The notes beneath the pieces are model-generated. The model was not told the DNA's origin and searched no databases. It saw only the letters and a list, made by a program, of their open reading frames with translations. Below are positions 6,648 through 15,872 of a stretch of DNA of 64,000 nucleotides, one piece after another (the first letter of the stretch is position 1; each line of letters begins with the position of its first letter). Both the position numbers and the translations under genes were made by a program. Location: IMG/VR virus record IMGVR_UViG_3300006109_000424, positions 7,617 to 71,616 of that record; one strand, 5' to 3'. Source of the DNA: a virus.

Positions 6648-9396
6648 CATAAGTGGCCAACCAGGCCCAGTCGTAACTTTTCCGTAATTCAGTAAAATCA
6701 CCGCCCACTGTGTCATAATATTCCACAGCGTCCTGGGCGCCGCGTTGGCTCCATTTTTCTTGGGTATTATCTTGTTCTAGCCATTGACGTAATCTATATT
6801 CATTTTCGACATCGGGCAATGAATGTCTTAATTTAATACATTCTCTAAATGCTGTACGCCAACAGGTCCAAGCATCATAATGATAATTGGCAGTTCCACT
6901 CAATATAGGAACAACTTCGTGCGCCTGATCAAGCGTAAAGTCCAAGCCCGGAGCGGTATTTTCCAATACCAATTTTTTGTTGTAGGCAATAATGGCCTGA
7001 TGTCCATAGGTCAATTCATTTACTGGATTACGAGCATGAAAAATATAATGTTTAGGTTCCTGCAATCTATCAGGTTGCCAAGACCAATCAAAATCGGAAT
7101 TGGTTTCTAGCTTGGCAAACACAGCAAAAAACCAAGGTGTGGTGCTTAATTCAGCTGCGGCTCGGTATGCGGCTACACGTCCATTTACACCCGAACTGCG
7201 ATGTATTTTATTTTGATCAGATGTATGTGGTAACTGTAACCAATTTATTTCAGCAATGGGCTCGCCATTATCAATAAAAACAATATCCAGTAATTCGTCC
7301 GTAATTAAATGACGTTGACGACGATCAATATTGGCATAATCATATAATTGAGTTCGAATATATGGTACAGCCACCTTGGGAACAATAACACTTGTAGCAC
7401 CTTTTGATAAAGGCACGATGGTTTTGGTCTTTTCTCGCCATAATGGTACCGCAGGAATTTCATTTAATTCCTTTAATTCTTTTGTGGTGAAAATGGCCAA
7501 TGGTCCTGCAAAATCCATTTCTTTTACAGCCGCAACCTGTGTATCATTTGTGTGTTGAACAACCGGTAAAGGACGTCGTGGCACTGACCGATCCATGTAA
7601 TTGATATCATACCAATCCAATAATTGAATCTTTTCTGCACGATAACGGAATGTGGGCACATGCATAAAGAAAGTATCACCGAATTTCTGCCCGTCGCTGG
7701 GAAATACATGCAACATTCCGGCCTGCCATATTTCAGGATGCCAGCTAAAATCAAAATTGGTATAGTCACAAATGCTGGAGCAGATCCAAACAAATTCATA
7801 TTCGCTGGGTATATTTTTAACCAATCTGCGTAGGGTATCCAAATAATTGTCAAAATAGCGCACAGTTTTAGTGGTATTTTCTATTTGCCCAGCGTATCCA
7901 TCCAAATGATCTATTTCGTAAATGGCCGTGGCTACTCGTTCTGTGCGTATTCGTATTTGATCAATGTATTTGATTTCGGTGGCACCGGGCACATGATACT
8001 GTGGTCCACCGGTGCGTTGATGTTGGGTACCAAATTGATAAATGTAAGGTTGTTCCGTGGCGTCAGGATGCCAGGTCCAATCAAATGATTCCACATCTGC
8101 ATGTTCTGGAATAACCCAACAGGAATCTTTGGCAATCTTTTGCGCCCGTGGTTCAGTAATGTATTTGCGTTCGGTAGCACCGGGCACAGTATAAATGGGA
8201 CCACCAGTTTTTTGCCATTGTGTGCCAAATTCGTAAATGAATGCTTGTTCCGTGGCATCCGGAGTCCAGCTAAAATCAAAACTGTTGACATCAATGCCAG
8301 TAGGTACGGTCCAATTGCGATCTGTGGGCAACATGCGAGCTATTTGTGCAGTAACATACTTTATCTCGGTGGCACCCGGTACGGTGTATGTAGGGCCACC
8401 AGCACGATTCCATTGTGTAGCAAATTGGTAGATATAAGGAGTATCTCTACTATCTGGATGCCAAGTAAAGTCAAATGCCTCTAGATTAGTATTTTCTGGA
8501 ATAGTCCATAAATCGTCTATTTTAATACGCTGTGCTCTAGGCGCACTAACATATTTTACTTCCGTTGCTCCGGGTATTATATATTGTGGCCCACCCGTAG
8601 CTTGATGTTGTGTGCCAAACTGATATATGTATGGAGGATCTCCTGGGTCCGGACGCCAAGTATAATCTATATTATCAATATTATCTGGTACAACCCAATT
8701 TGTCTTATTTTCTTTTAATTCAGCTCTAGGATAAGACATATATTTTATTTCAGTGGCACCCAATACCGTATATTTAACTGTGGGCATTATTTCTGCTCGA
8801 TGCCATTGATTACCAAATATGTAAATATAAGGTGGATCTCCGGGATCCGGAACCCAAGAATAATCAAAGTTGCAGTCAACTAATATATCCCAATTGCTGT
8901 CTTTATTTTCTTTTAATTCAGCTCTAGGAGTAAAAATATACTTTATTTCGGTTGCACCAGGAATATTATATTCTACTGTGGGCATACGATTTGCTGGATA
9001 CCATTGATTTCCAAACACATAACGATAGGGCGGATCAAATGGATTGGGTGCCCAAGTATAATCAAAGATAATATCGTCTTTTAATTGAATATAATTATTA
9101 CGATTATCTCGATTTGGGATTATATTTTTGTGAAACCGATATTGTATTTCAGGATTATTTTTAGGAACTAAAAAAGTACCCGAATATTCGTGATGCTGAC
9201 TGGGCCAAGTGTGAGTATATTCACTTTCCCATGGCACAGGTTCAAATAAAAAATCAAACCCGGTATAGTCCGATAAGTATGTTATCCACCAAAAATACCT
9301 GGTAGCGCAAGATTTTTTTGCATGTTCGATATCCTGTGCTGGTCGCTCATGTGGGAAAAGATTGGGTTTGACACCAGAATAAAATACATCAAACAT
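6613..9396 (-). CDS. 927-aa protein: six ~65-aa tandem repeats plus C-terminal glycosyltransferase-like domain
   Basis: Repeat FDx(T/S)WxPD..PYIYxFGxQ...GGPxYxVPGATExKY; C-terminus aligns by eye with 27495-28433 (GVxG..AA..AAA, WRxxFRExxK). Confidence 0.75.
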   Translation of the reverse strand: MFDVFYSGVKPNLFPHERPAQDIEHAKKSCATRYFWWITYLSDYTGFDFLFEPVPWESEYTHTWPSQHHEYSGTFLVPKNNPEIQYRFHKNIIPNRDNRNNYIQLKDDIIFDYTWAPNPFDPPYRYVFGNQWYPANRMPTVEYNIPGATEIKYIFTPRAELKENKDSNWDILVDCNFDYSWVPDPGDPPYIYIFGNQWHRAEIMPTVKYTVLGATEIKYMSYPRAELKENKTNWVVPDNIDNIDYTWRPDPGDPPYIYQFGTQHQATGGPQYIIPGATEVKYVSAPRAQRIKIDDLWTIPENTNLEAFDFTWHPDSRDTPYIYQFATQWNRAGGPTYTVPGATEIKYVTAQIARMLPTDRNWTVPTGIDVNSFDFSWTPDATEQAFIYEFGTQWQKTGGPIYTVPGATERKYITEPRAQKIAKDSCWVIPEHADVESFDWTWHPDATEQPYIYQFGTQHQRTGGPQYHVPGATEIKYIDQIRIRTERVATAIYEIDHLDGYAGQIENTTKTVRYFDNYLDTLRRLVKNIPSEYEFVWICSSICDYTNFDFSWHPEIWQAGMLHVFPSDGQKFGDTFFMHVPTFRYRAEKIQLLDWYDINYMDRSVPRRPLPVVQHTNDTQVAAVKEMDFAGPLAIFTTKELKELNEIPAVPLWREKTKTIVPLSKGATSVIVPKVAVPYIRTQLYDYANIDRRQRHLITDELLDIVFIDNGEPIAEINWLQLPHTSDQNKIHRSSGVNGRVAAYRAAAELSTTPWFFAVFAKLETNSDFDWSWQPDRLQEPKHYIFHARNPVNELTYGHQAIIAYNKKLVLENTAPGLDFTLDQAHEVVPILSGTANYHYDAWTCWRTAFRECIKLRHSLPDVENEYRLRQWLEQDNTQEKWSQRGAQDAVEYYDTVGGDFTELRKSYDWAWLATYAMIKQNLVPNQ
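7940..9075 (-). repeat. six intragenic ~195-bp coding repeats
   Basis: PGATE(I/V/R)KY (one LGATEIKY) six times; DNA copy TTATTTTCTTTTAATTCAGCTCTAGGA near 8705 and 8903. Confidence 0.85.
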
Positions 9397-9397
9397 A

Positions 9398-10528
9398 ATG
9401 ATCCGTATAGACGAAATTCACGAAAATACCTTTTTTGCTTGGTTGCGAAAAAATAGATTTGGTATGAGAAGTTTTCATATGCATCCTATTGGAGCCAGTA
9501 CGCCCGAATCAATAGTTTGTCAAGGCACACAGTTGGCATGGGAACACAATTATATAACATTTTTCGATGCAGAGCCTATCAATTTGGAGCGATTCCGTCA
9601 GACCTTTGACACTGTACGCTGGGAACTGGCGGCCGATATTCACGAACGGCGCAACGCAAAAAATTTAGGGTATTTTGTAACCAGTGAATATGCCAGCGAA
9701 AATGTTGAAGAACTGTGCAGTATATATGGCTGGCAACCACTATATTATTTCTTTTGGGGCTGGGCTGCTCTGGACTGGTACAGGGGATATGATAGATCTT
9801 TTTTGATACAGCCTGCGGCACAGCGCAAAATTTCCAAGACCTTTCTTTACCCCAATAGAATCATAGGCGGAGCCCGCCGACACAGGTTAGAATTGCTGTA
9901 CTATGTGTTGGGACGAGGACTGACCAACAATTATATCAGTTGCCCGGCTGTTTGCCCGGTAGAAGGTGTTGGCATAGCAGAATTATCGGCACCGCTAGAA
10001 ACAGAATACCCGGGCATCTCGCGGATCCTTGCTGCGCAAGCCCCGCTGAATATGCCGGGCGAGTCAGGTCATCCCATGCATTCATGCTGGCTGAGCCTGT
10101 TTGAACAGGCTGAACAGAGCCTGCTTTATCTGGTGTCAGAAACAGTGGCTACCGGGCGGCGTCAACAGGTCACAGAAAAGACCTTTAAACCCATTGCCCT
10201 GGGTATGCCGTTTGTGATACATGCCTGCGCCGGCACCTTGTCATACCTGCGCGGGTATGGATTCCAGACATTTGGTGATGTTTGGGACGAAAGCTACGAC
10301 AGCATCCAGGATGATCGCGAGCGGGTGCGGGCAATAGCAGATCTGGTCACAGATCTGGATCAGGCAACACCTGAACAAAAACAGGAGTTATGGCAGGCCT
10401 GCTTGCCTGCGATCGAGCACAATCGCCAGCACTTTTACGGTGGGGCATTTGAACGGTTGTTATGGCAAGAAATGACTGGCATGTTGGGTCAAATTGGCCA
10501 GGACAGACCCGCAGAACTGGATCTATGA
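9398..10528 (+). CDS. putative glycosyltransferase (TEK-motif, GT10-like C-terminus), paralog 1
   Basis: LVSETV...VTEKTFKPIALGMPFV...YLRGYGFQTFGDVWDESYD. Confidence 0.6.
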   Translation: MIRIDEIHENTFFAWLRKNRFGMRSFHMHPIGASTPESIVCQGTQLAWEHNYITFFDAEPINLERFRQTFDTVRWELAADIHERRNAKNLGYFVTSEYASENVEELCSIYGWQPLYYFFWGWAALDWYRGYDRSFLIQPAAQRKISKTFLYPNRIIGGARRHRLELLYYVLGRGLTNNYISCPAVCPVEGVGIAELSAPLETEYPGISRILAAQAPLNMPGESGHPMHSCWLSLFEQAEQSLLYLVSETVATGRRQQVTEKTFKPIALGMPFVIHACAGTLSYLRGYGFQTFGDVWDESYDSIQDDRERVRAIADLVTDLDQATPEQKQELWQACLPAIEHNRQHFYGGAFERLLWQEMTGMLGQIGQDRPAELDL

Positions 10529-11601
10529 TCAGAATAGACGAGATATACAATCAGATTTTTGTGCCGGCTGTCAAGGGCCTGGGTGCTGAACACGGAGCAC
10601 ACTGGTTTGACCCGCCGGGCAGTACTGCGTTTGCAGATCTATGTAATCGGCCCAGGGTCTCTATTCCAACGGCACAAAGATACCTGTTTTGGGATCAAGA
10701 ACCGGTGGATCCTGACAGATTCAACAGATTTATGTCTCAATTTCAGGCTGCATACACAGGTCACCATCATGTGATCACCAGCGAATACCGTAGCAAGCCT
10801 GTGGAAACTGTGTCGGCTCAATGGGGCCTGCAGAGTCACTACTACTGGTTTCACGGTTGGGCTGCCCTGGACTGGTACAGGGGATATGATCGTGCTCGAC
10901 TGATTAGACCCGCAGATCAACGTAGAATTGAGCAGACTTTTGTGGCACCCAACAGGATCATAGGTGGTGCTAGACAGCATAGACTGCATGTGTTGTACTG
11001 GATATTTCGAGCAGGTCTTGAACAGAACAACTGGGTCAGCTGTCCGGCTGTGTGTCCTGCTGAGATGACCACCATGGCTGACTTGATTGAGCCCTTGAGC
11101 GGCACGTACCCAGATATTGTGACTGTGTTTGACCGTGTGGCCTTGCCGCTCGACATGCCGGGAGAGTCAGGACACCCTATGACGTCGTGTTGGTTGGATC
11201 TATGGAGTCAGATTGAAACCAGTCTAGTGTATGTGGTAACTGAAACCGTGGCCGACGGTGATCGACAGCACCTGACCGAAAAGATATTTAAACCCATATG
11301 CCAGCAGATTCCGTTTGTTGTGGTGGGCACCGCAGGAGCACTGGCTTACCTGCGCGGCTACGGATTTCGAACATTTGGTGATCTATGGGACGAATCATAT
11401 GATAACGAACCGGACATGGTCAAAAGAATAGCACGAATAGGTGCGCTATTGACTGATTTAAATGGCCTGAGCTGCTCAGAACGACAGGATCTTTATGAGC
11501 AGGCTATACCTGTTGTACGCCATAATTATGAGCATTTTTATTCAGGCGCATTTGAACACATATTGAGTGCAGAATTGGATGCCATGCTGGCGGAATTTTA
11601 A
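10525..11601 (+). CDS. putative glycosyltransferase (TEK-motif), paralog 2
   Basis: Starts MIRIDEI like paralog 1 (ATGA overlap); shared GWAALDWYRGYDR, MPGESGHPM, TEKIFKPI, WDESYD. Confidence 0.6.
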   Translation: MIRIDEIYNQIFVPAVKGLGAEHGAHWFDPPGSTAFADLCNRPRVSIPTAQRYLFWDQEPVDPDRFNRFMSQFQAAYTGHHHVITSEYRSKPVETVSAQWGLQSHYYWFHGWAALDWYRGYDRARLIRPADQRRIEQTFVAPNRIIGGARQHRLHVLYWIFRAGLEQNNWVSCPAVCPAEMTTMADLIEPLSGTYPDIVTVFDRVALPLDMPGESGHPMTSCWLDLWSQIETSLVYVVTETVADGDRQHLTEKIFKPICQQIPFVVVGTAGALAYLRGYGFRTFGDLWDESYDNEPDMVKRIARIGALLTDLNGLSCSERQDLYEQAIPVVRHNYEHFYSGAFEHILSAELDAMLAEF

Positions 11602-11752
11602 AGAAAAGAATGAAAAGAAATGGCGAAATGATTGAAAAGATTTCACATGAAAAGAAATGATAGAAAATTACTTTTTATAGGGGTTCCCAGGCGACTGTCA
11701 AAAATTTTGGCGTCAGACACTGTAAAATCACTGTCTAGCGGGGCCGTATAGC
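11602..11752. repeat. purine-rich repeat tract plus palindromes, function unknown
   Basis: GAAAAGA x4 (11603, 11612, 11634, 11649); ACTGT x3; imperfect palindrome GACTGTCAAAAATTTTGGCGTC. Confidence 0.5.
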
Positions 11753-12940
11753 ATGGCCTTTCACTTTGTATACGATAGAGCCTATGATCACCGTCCCTGG
11801 CCCAACCTGACACCTGTAGAACCTGTAAAAGACGGCAGCTTCCGGCGCCTGGGCGATAGTTGGCCGCGTATAGCACCCTGCAGACTGCTCATGTACTGTG
11901 AGGATCATGCTTATCCCTACACAGTGTCATATGTCACCGACACCATACCCGCCGGTGCCTGGTATCCCATTGGCCTGGCCTGGTTTGACCATGATCTGGA
12001 CTATTTTGCACTGATTCCCGAAAACACACTAGATCTAGTCCGAAACAGGCAGTTGACTGTGCTGTTTTACTATCACGAAGGTGACAATCCGGTTCGGGAA
12101 AAACAGCGGCTTGATGCCTTGTGTCGGGCGCATGGTCTTGACAGCCAGTGCTATAGATTTGTGTCGGGCAACACAGCAGCCGCCGCACTGGAAGGTTTTG
12201 TCTGGTTCTGCGATCACGAGCTGTTTTACTGGCATGCAGACCAGTCTGCACTACAGGACCTGGGGCCATTGGCACATGATCGGGTCAGACCCTATACCTT
12301 TACCCTGCTGAGTCGCGTACACAAATGGTGGCGTGCCACTGTGGTTGCACATCTGCGCGACCTGGGTCTGTTGGACCGCGCACAGTGGAGTTATGGTGTG
12401 GAATCCTGTGGTGATCTGGCCGAAAACAACCCCATTGAAACGGTTCAACTGCCAGGTCTGGATCTGTCACAATTTGTGGCTGGTGCGCCCTATCGTTGCG
12501 ACACACTCACAGCCGAGCAACACAATGATCATCGGCATCAGGTTGACTCCTTGTATACTGACTCTTACTTGAGTGTGGTCCTGGAAACTCTATATGATGC
12601 CGAACAGTCGGGTGGTGCTTTCATCACTGAAAAGACCTTTAAAGCTGTGCGCAACGGGCACCCGTTTGTGCTGTTTGGTTGTGTCAGCAGTTTGGCCGCT
12701 GTACAGAGTCTGGGCTATAGGACTTTTTCCAGCGAAATCGACGAAACCTACGACACAGTACAGCACAATAGCCAGCGTTTTGCAACCACTGTCCGGGCCC
12801 TGCTGCAGGTGTTGGCACAGGGCAATTTGCACCAGTGGTATCAGCGTTTGGGGCCTGTGATACAATATAATCAACGGCTGTTTGCTGCCAGTAAATACTC
12901 AAGACTTGAAACCCTGGAACAACAGTTACAAAACCCATGA
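11753..12940 (+). CDS. putative glycosyltransferase (TEK-motif), paralog 3
   Basis: VVLET...FITEKTFKAVRNGHPFVLFG...LGYRTF...IDETYD. Confidence 0.6.
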   Translation: MAFHFVYDRAYDHRPWPNLTPVEPVKDGSFRRLGDSWPRIAPCRLLMYCEDHAYPYTVSYVTDTIPAGAWYPIGLAWFDHDLDYFALIPENTLDLVRNRQLTVLFYYHEGDNPVREKQRLDALCRAHGLDSQCYRFVSGNTAAAALEGFVWFCDHELFYWHADQSALQDLGPLAHDRVRPYTFTLLSRVHKWWRATVVAHLRDLGLLDRAQWSYGVESCGDLAENNPIETVQLPGLDLSQFVAGAPYRCDTLTAEQHNDHRHQVDSLYTDSYLSVVLETLYDAEQSGGAFITEKTFKAVRNGHPFVLFGCVSSLAAVQSLGYRTFSSEIDETYDTVQHNSQRFATTVRALLQVLAQGNLHQWYQRLGPVIQYNQRLFAASKYSRLETLEQQLQNP

Positions 12941-13989
12941 CCCAGTTAATTATACCCATTGCCAATCAGACCGCTTACCGCACGATACCCAGAAATCGTG
13001 AGCTGGGTCATGTGATTGATCATCACTGTGACAAGCCCGCACGCAGCCTGGTCATAGACTGGAAAGGTGACTGTTTTATCTGCAGTTGTGAAGCCTGGTT
13101 GCCCATACCGGTCGGGCACATCCGGCAGTTTGAACGTCTTGAAGACATATGGCTCAGTCCGGTGGCTCGGCAGTTACAGGCCACCATCACAGATCGTAGC
13201 TATGCCGAATGTGCTGTGGATCGCTGTGGTATTCTGGACGGTGACATACTGCAGGATCACTACACTGTCAGCATCAACATAGACGAAAGTTGCAATTTGG
13301 CCTGTCCCAGCTGTAGATCTGAGTCCATCATGCTGTCTTCGGGTGCTGACTACCAAAACAAGCTGGACTGGAGTCGTCACATAGTGGGTCTGTTGGAAAA
13401 GACCGATTTGCCAGTTTGGATCATTATGAGTGGCAACGGAGACCCTTTGGCCAGTGCCATCATGCGGCCCTTGTTGCATCAGTATCGGCCCCGAGCCGCA
13501 CAACGTATTCGCTTGTATACCAATGGACTACTGTTGCAAAAACAACTGTCCAAGAATACCATTGCTGATCATATTTTTGAATACTTTATCAGTGTAGATG
13601 CCGGTACAGCAGAGGTTTATGAACAGGTCAGACTGGGCGGCAGCTGGGCACAGTTGCTGAAGAATTTTGATTTTTTAAAATCCATTACCGATCAGAATCA
13701 TGCTCAGGTCCTGCTGTTGTTTGTGCTACAACAGGCCAACTATCAAGACATGGAAAACTTCATTCTACTGTGTCAACGCTACGGATTCCGTGGCTGGATC
13801 AATCGTGTGGAAAACTGGGGAACCTGGCAGGATTTTGCTGCGCATGATGTGATTGGCAATACCGCACATGAACTGCATGTGCCCACTGTGCAAAATCTGC
13901 GCTCGGTGTATCAACGCTATGCCAGTGATCAGATCAGGTTTGAGTCAAGTCTAGAGCGGCTAGCCAAGGATAAAAGTCCGATCGTGTGA
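12937..13989 (+). CDS. radical SAM protein with N-terminal twitch/SPASM-like domain
   Basis: CNLACPSC; N-terminal C..P...L.IDWKGDCFICSC...CAVDRC; GNGDPL; YTNG; SVDAG. Confidence 0.85.
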   Translation: MTQLIIPIANQTAYRTIPRNRELGHVIDHHCDKPARSLVIDWKGDCFICSCEAWLPIPVGHIRQFERLEDIWLSPVARQLQATITDRSYAECAVDRCGILDGDILQDHYTVSINIDESCNLACPSCRSESIMLSSGADYQNKLDWSRHIVGLLEKTDLPVWIIMSGNGDPLASAIMRPLLHQYRPRAAQRIRLYTNGLLLQKQLSKNTIADHIFEYFISVDAGTAEVYEQVRLGGSWAQLLKNFDFLKSITDQNHAQVLLLFVLQQANYQDMENFILLCQRYGFRGWINRVENWGTWQDFAAHDVIGNTAHELHVPTVQNLRSVYQRYASDQIRFESSLERLAKDKSPIV

Positions 13990-14611
13990 TGTTGGTCAAT
14001 AATGGATCACCTGTTGCATGCCACTGGCCCTGTAGAGGCAAGGCCTGTTGATACAGTTGAATATCTGCATCTAAAAAGTTCTTTTCCAGGCGGTGATGAT
14101 CGTCTACATACTGCTGTTTCAAACGGTCTAGATCGAGTCTGGCCTGTTGTGTGTTTTTGCGTGCCGGATCCTGACTGAGGTTTATTCTGGGCACCGGAAC
14201 AGCAATTTCTACTCCATGGTGCCGTAGATAGTTCTTGACCAGGATTTCGTAGTTGTAGTAGGTCTGATCAATTATGAAAAATTCAGTGCGTTTGAGAATG
14301 TCAGCTGGTATCATTTGACTTACCGGATAGCTGTGTTGATCAAACACAGCCGAAACCAGTAGGCGATTGACCTGTGTATTGTACAGCAGATCACATTGAT
14401 CGGTCTGTTCCAAGTATTCAATCACACCCATGGTGTGTCTGACCGCCGGCCAGCGTAGAAACGCAAAAAACCTAAATTGTTCCAGGTCTACGTTGGGTCG
14501 TAACAGATCTGTCATTTGCCACCCCAAGTTGTCAAATACCTGAGACCAACTACGACATGCGTTCTTGGCTAGGCTTATCCAGGCTAGACGGTTGTTGTGA
14601 TGAAAGTACAT
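13934..14611 (-). CDS. sulfotransferase-family-like protein
   Basis: WISLAKNACRS (PAPS 5'-PSB-like) and FAFLRWPAVR (3'-PB-like). Confidence 0.5.
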   Translation of the reverse strand: MYFHHNNRLAWISLAKNACRSWSQVFDNLGWQMTDLLRPNVDLEQFRFFAFLRWPAVRHTMGVIEYLEQTDQCDLLYNTQVNRLLVSAVFDQHSYPVSQMIPADILKRTEFFIIDQTYYNYEILVKNYLRHHGVEIAVPVPRINLSQDPARKNTQQARLDLDRLKQQYVDDHHRLEKNFLDADIQLYQQALPLQGQWHATGDPLLTNITRSDFYPWLAALDLTQT

Positions 14612-14612
14612 G

Positions 14613-15872
14613 CTAGCTCCACTCTCGAGCTAGCCAGGGCCACAGGCTAGTCCAGTCAGTGCCGCGACGGCGATCCAGTTCAGTCAGATAGATCTTTAGA
14701 TCCTGTATGCGTTCGGGATCTCTAGGGGCCTGGCTGATCTGTTGCTGTATGCCGGCCATGTGTTCACGTGCATGACAGTGACGATCTGTGTGTGTGGGCA
14801 TGGCCGCTAGGATACGTTCAAAGGCCTGATCAAACACACCAGCGCCAAATATGTCAGGTACCAGTTCCAGGGGGTTTGTGGCCGACATAAAGCTGAAGTG
14901 TATGCCCTGTTCCGGACGAACCGCTTCCCAGGCGTTGATGCGTTCAATCAGCTCGGGCAGGGTGTCTATGGTCAAGCTGGTTATGGCCGCGTTTACACTG
15001 AGTGTGATCCAGGGTCGATCTAGACAGTAAGTGAAGTTTTCTTCCCATTCTGCCAGGTCCAGACCCCAGCGCACATATTCTTCCTGCGGGCCCCAGGCAT
15101 CTAGACTGCCGGTTATCTGCAGTCTTGACAGTTTGCCGTCGGCCACCATGCGCTCAAATCGATCTATGTAGGCACGAAAACGTGCAGGTGCTACCTTTAG
15201 ATTGGTAATCATGTTGAAGGTCAAGTCCGGATTGGCATGTGTTTCCCAGAATTCCAAGCTGGTATCAAATTCGGTCTGATAAAACGGTTCTCCGCCCAGG
15301 ATCTGATAGTAGCGTATTCGACGGTAGTTGTCGTTGGTTTCTAACCACTGCCAAAAGTCCGCCAGCATGCGTTCATAGTGCGGATTGGTACGGCCTGGGT
15401 ATCCAAACTCAACACGGCCCGATTTGAACACACCATAGCGACGGTTTTCATCGGCCCACTTGCTACTGAAGTGTTCACCACAGTACACACAGGCCATGTT
15501 GCAGGTATTGTTGAAGTAGATTTCCAGTATGGTAGGTACCACTGCTACCGCACCCGGATCAGTCCACAGTTCTGTGGGTATACGATCTGCATTGCCCGAG
15601 TCGGTCAGCTGATACTGTCGATCGCTCATGCCACCTGCGGCTTCGATGCGTTCACAGTACTGACATCCAGCCTGTGGCCAGCCGCCCTGCTTCATCAGCT
15701 CACGTGCAGCTATCTTTTCGGGTTGATTGTGGAAGTTGCCAAAGTTCTCAGGATCTATGGCATGCTGATCCACTCGATGACAGCTGCTGGTGGTGCCCTG
15801 TCCTAGATATATGGTGCTCCAGGCCCATTTGAGCACACAGGCTGTATCGCTTTTGATTGGAAATGTTTTCAT
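14613..15872 (-). CDS. N-terminal twitch-domain radical SAM protein
   Basis: CVLKW...SSCHR...GCQYC then CNMACVYC, GGEP. Confidence 0.88.
   Translation of the reverse strand: MKTFPIKSDTACVLKWAWSTIYLGQGTTSSCHRVDQHAIDPENFGNFHNQPEKIAARELMKQGGWPQAGCQYCERIEAAGGMSDRQYQLTDSGNADRIPTELWTDPGAVAVVPTILEIYFNNTCNMACVYCGEHFSSKWADENRRYGVFKSGRVEFGYPGRTNPHYERMLADFWQWLETNDNYRRIRYYQILGGEPFYQTEFDTSLEFWETHANPDLTFNMITNLKVAPARFRAYIDRFERMVADGKLSRLQITGSLDAWGPQEEYVRWGLDLAEWEENFTYCLDRPWITLSVNAAITSLTIDTLPELIERINAWEAVRPEQGIHFSFMSATNPLELVPDIFGAGVFDQAFERILAAMPTHTDRHCHAREHMAGIQQQISQAPRDPERIQDLKIYLTELDRRRGTDWTSLWPWLAREWS

Noticed and set aside
7940-9075. Diversity-generating retroelement TR/VR pair
   Set aside because: Repeats are in-frame protein repeats with changes at all bases; no reverse transcriptase in the window
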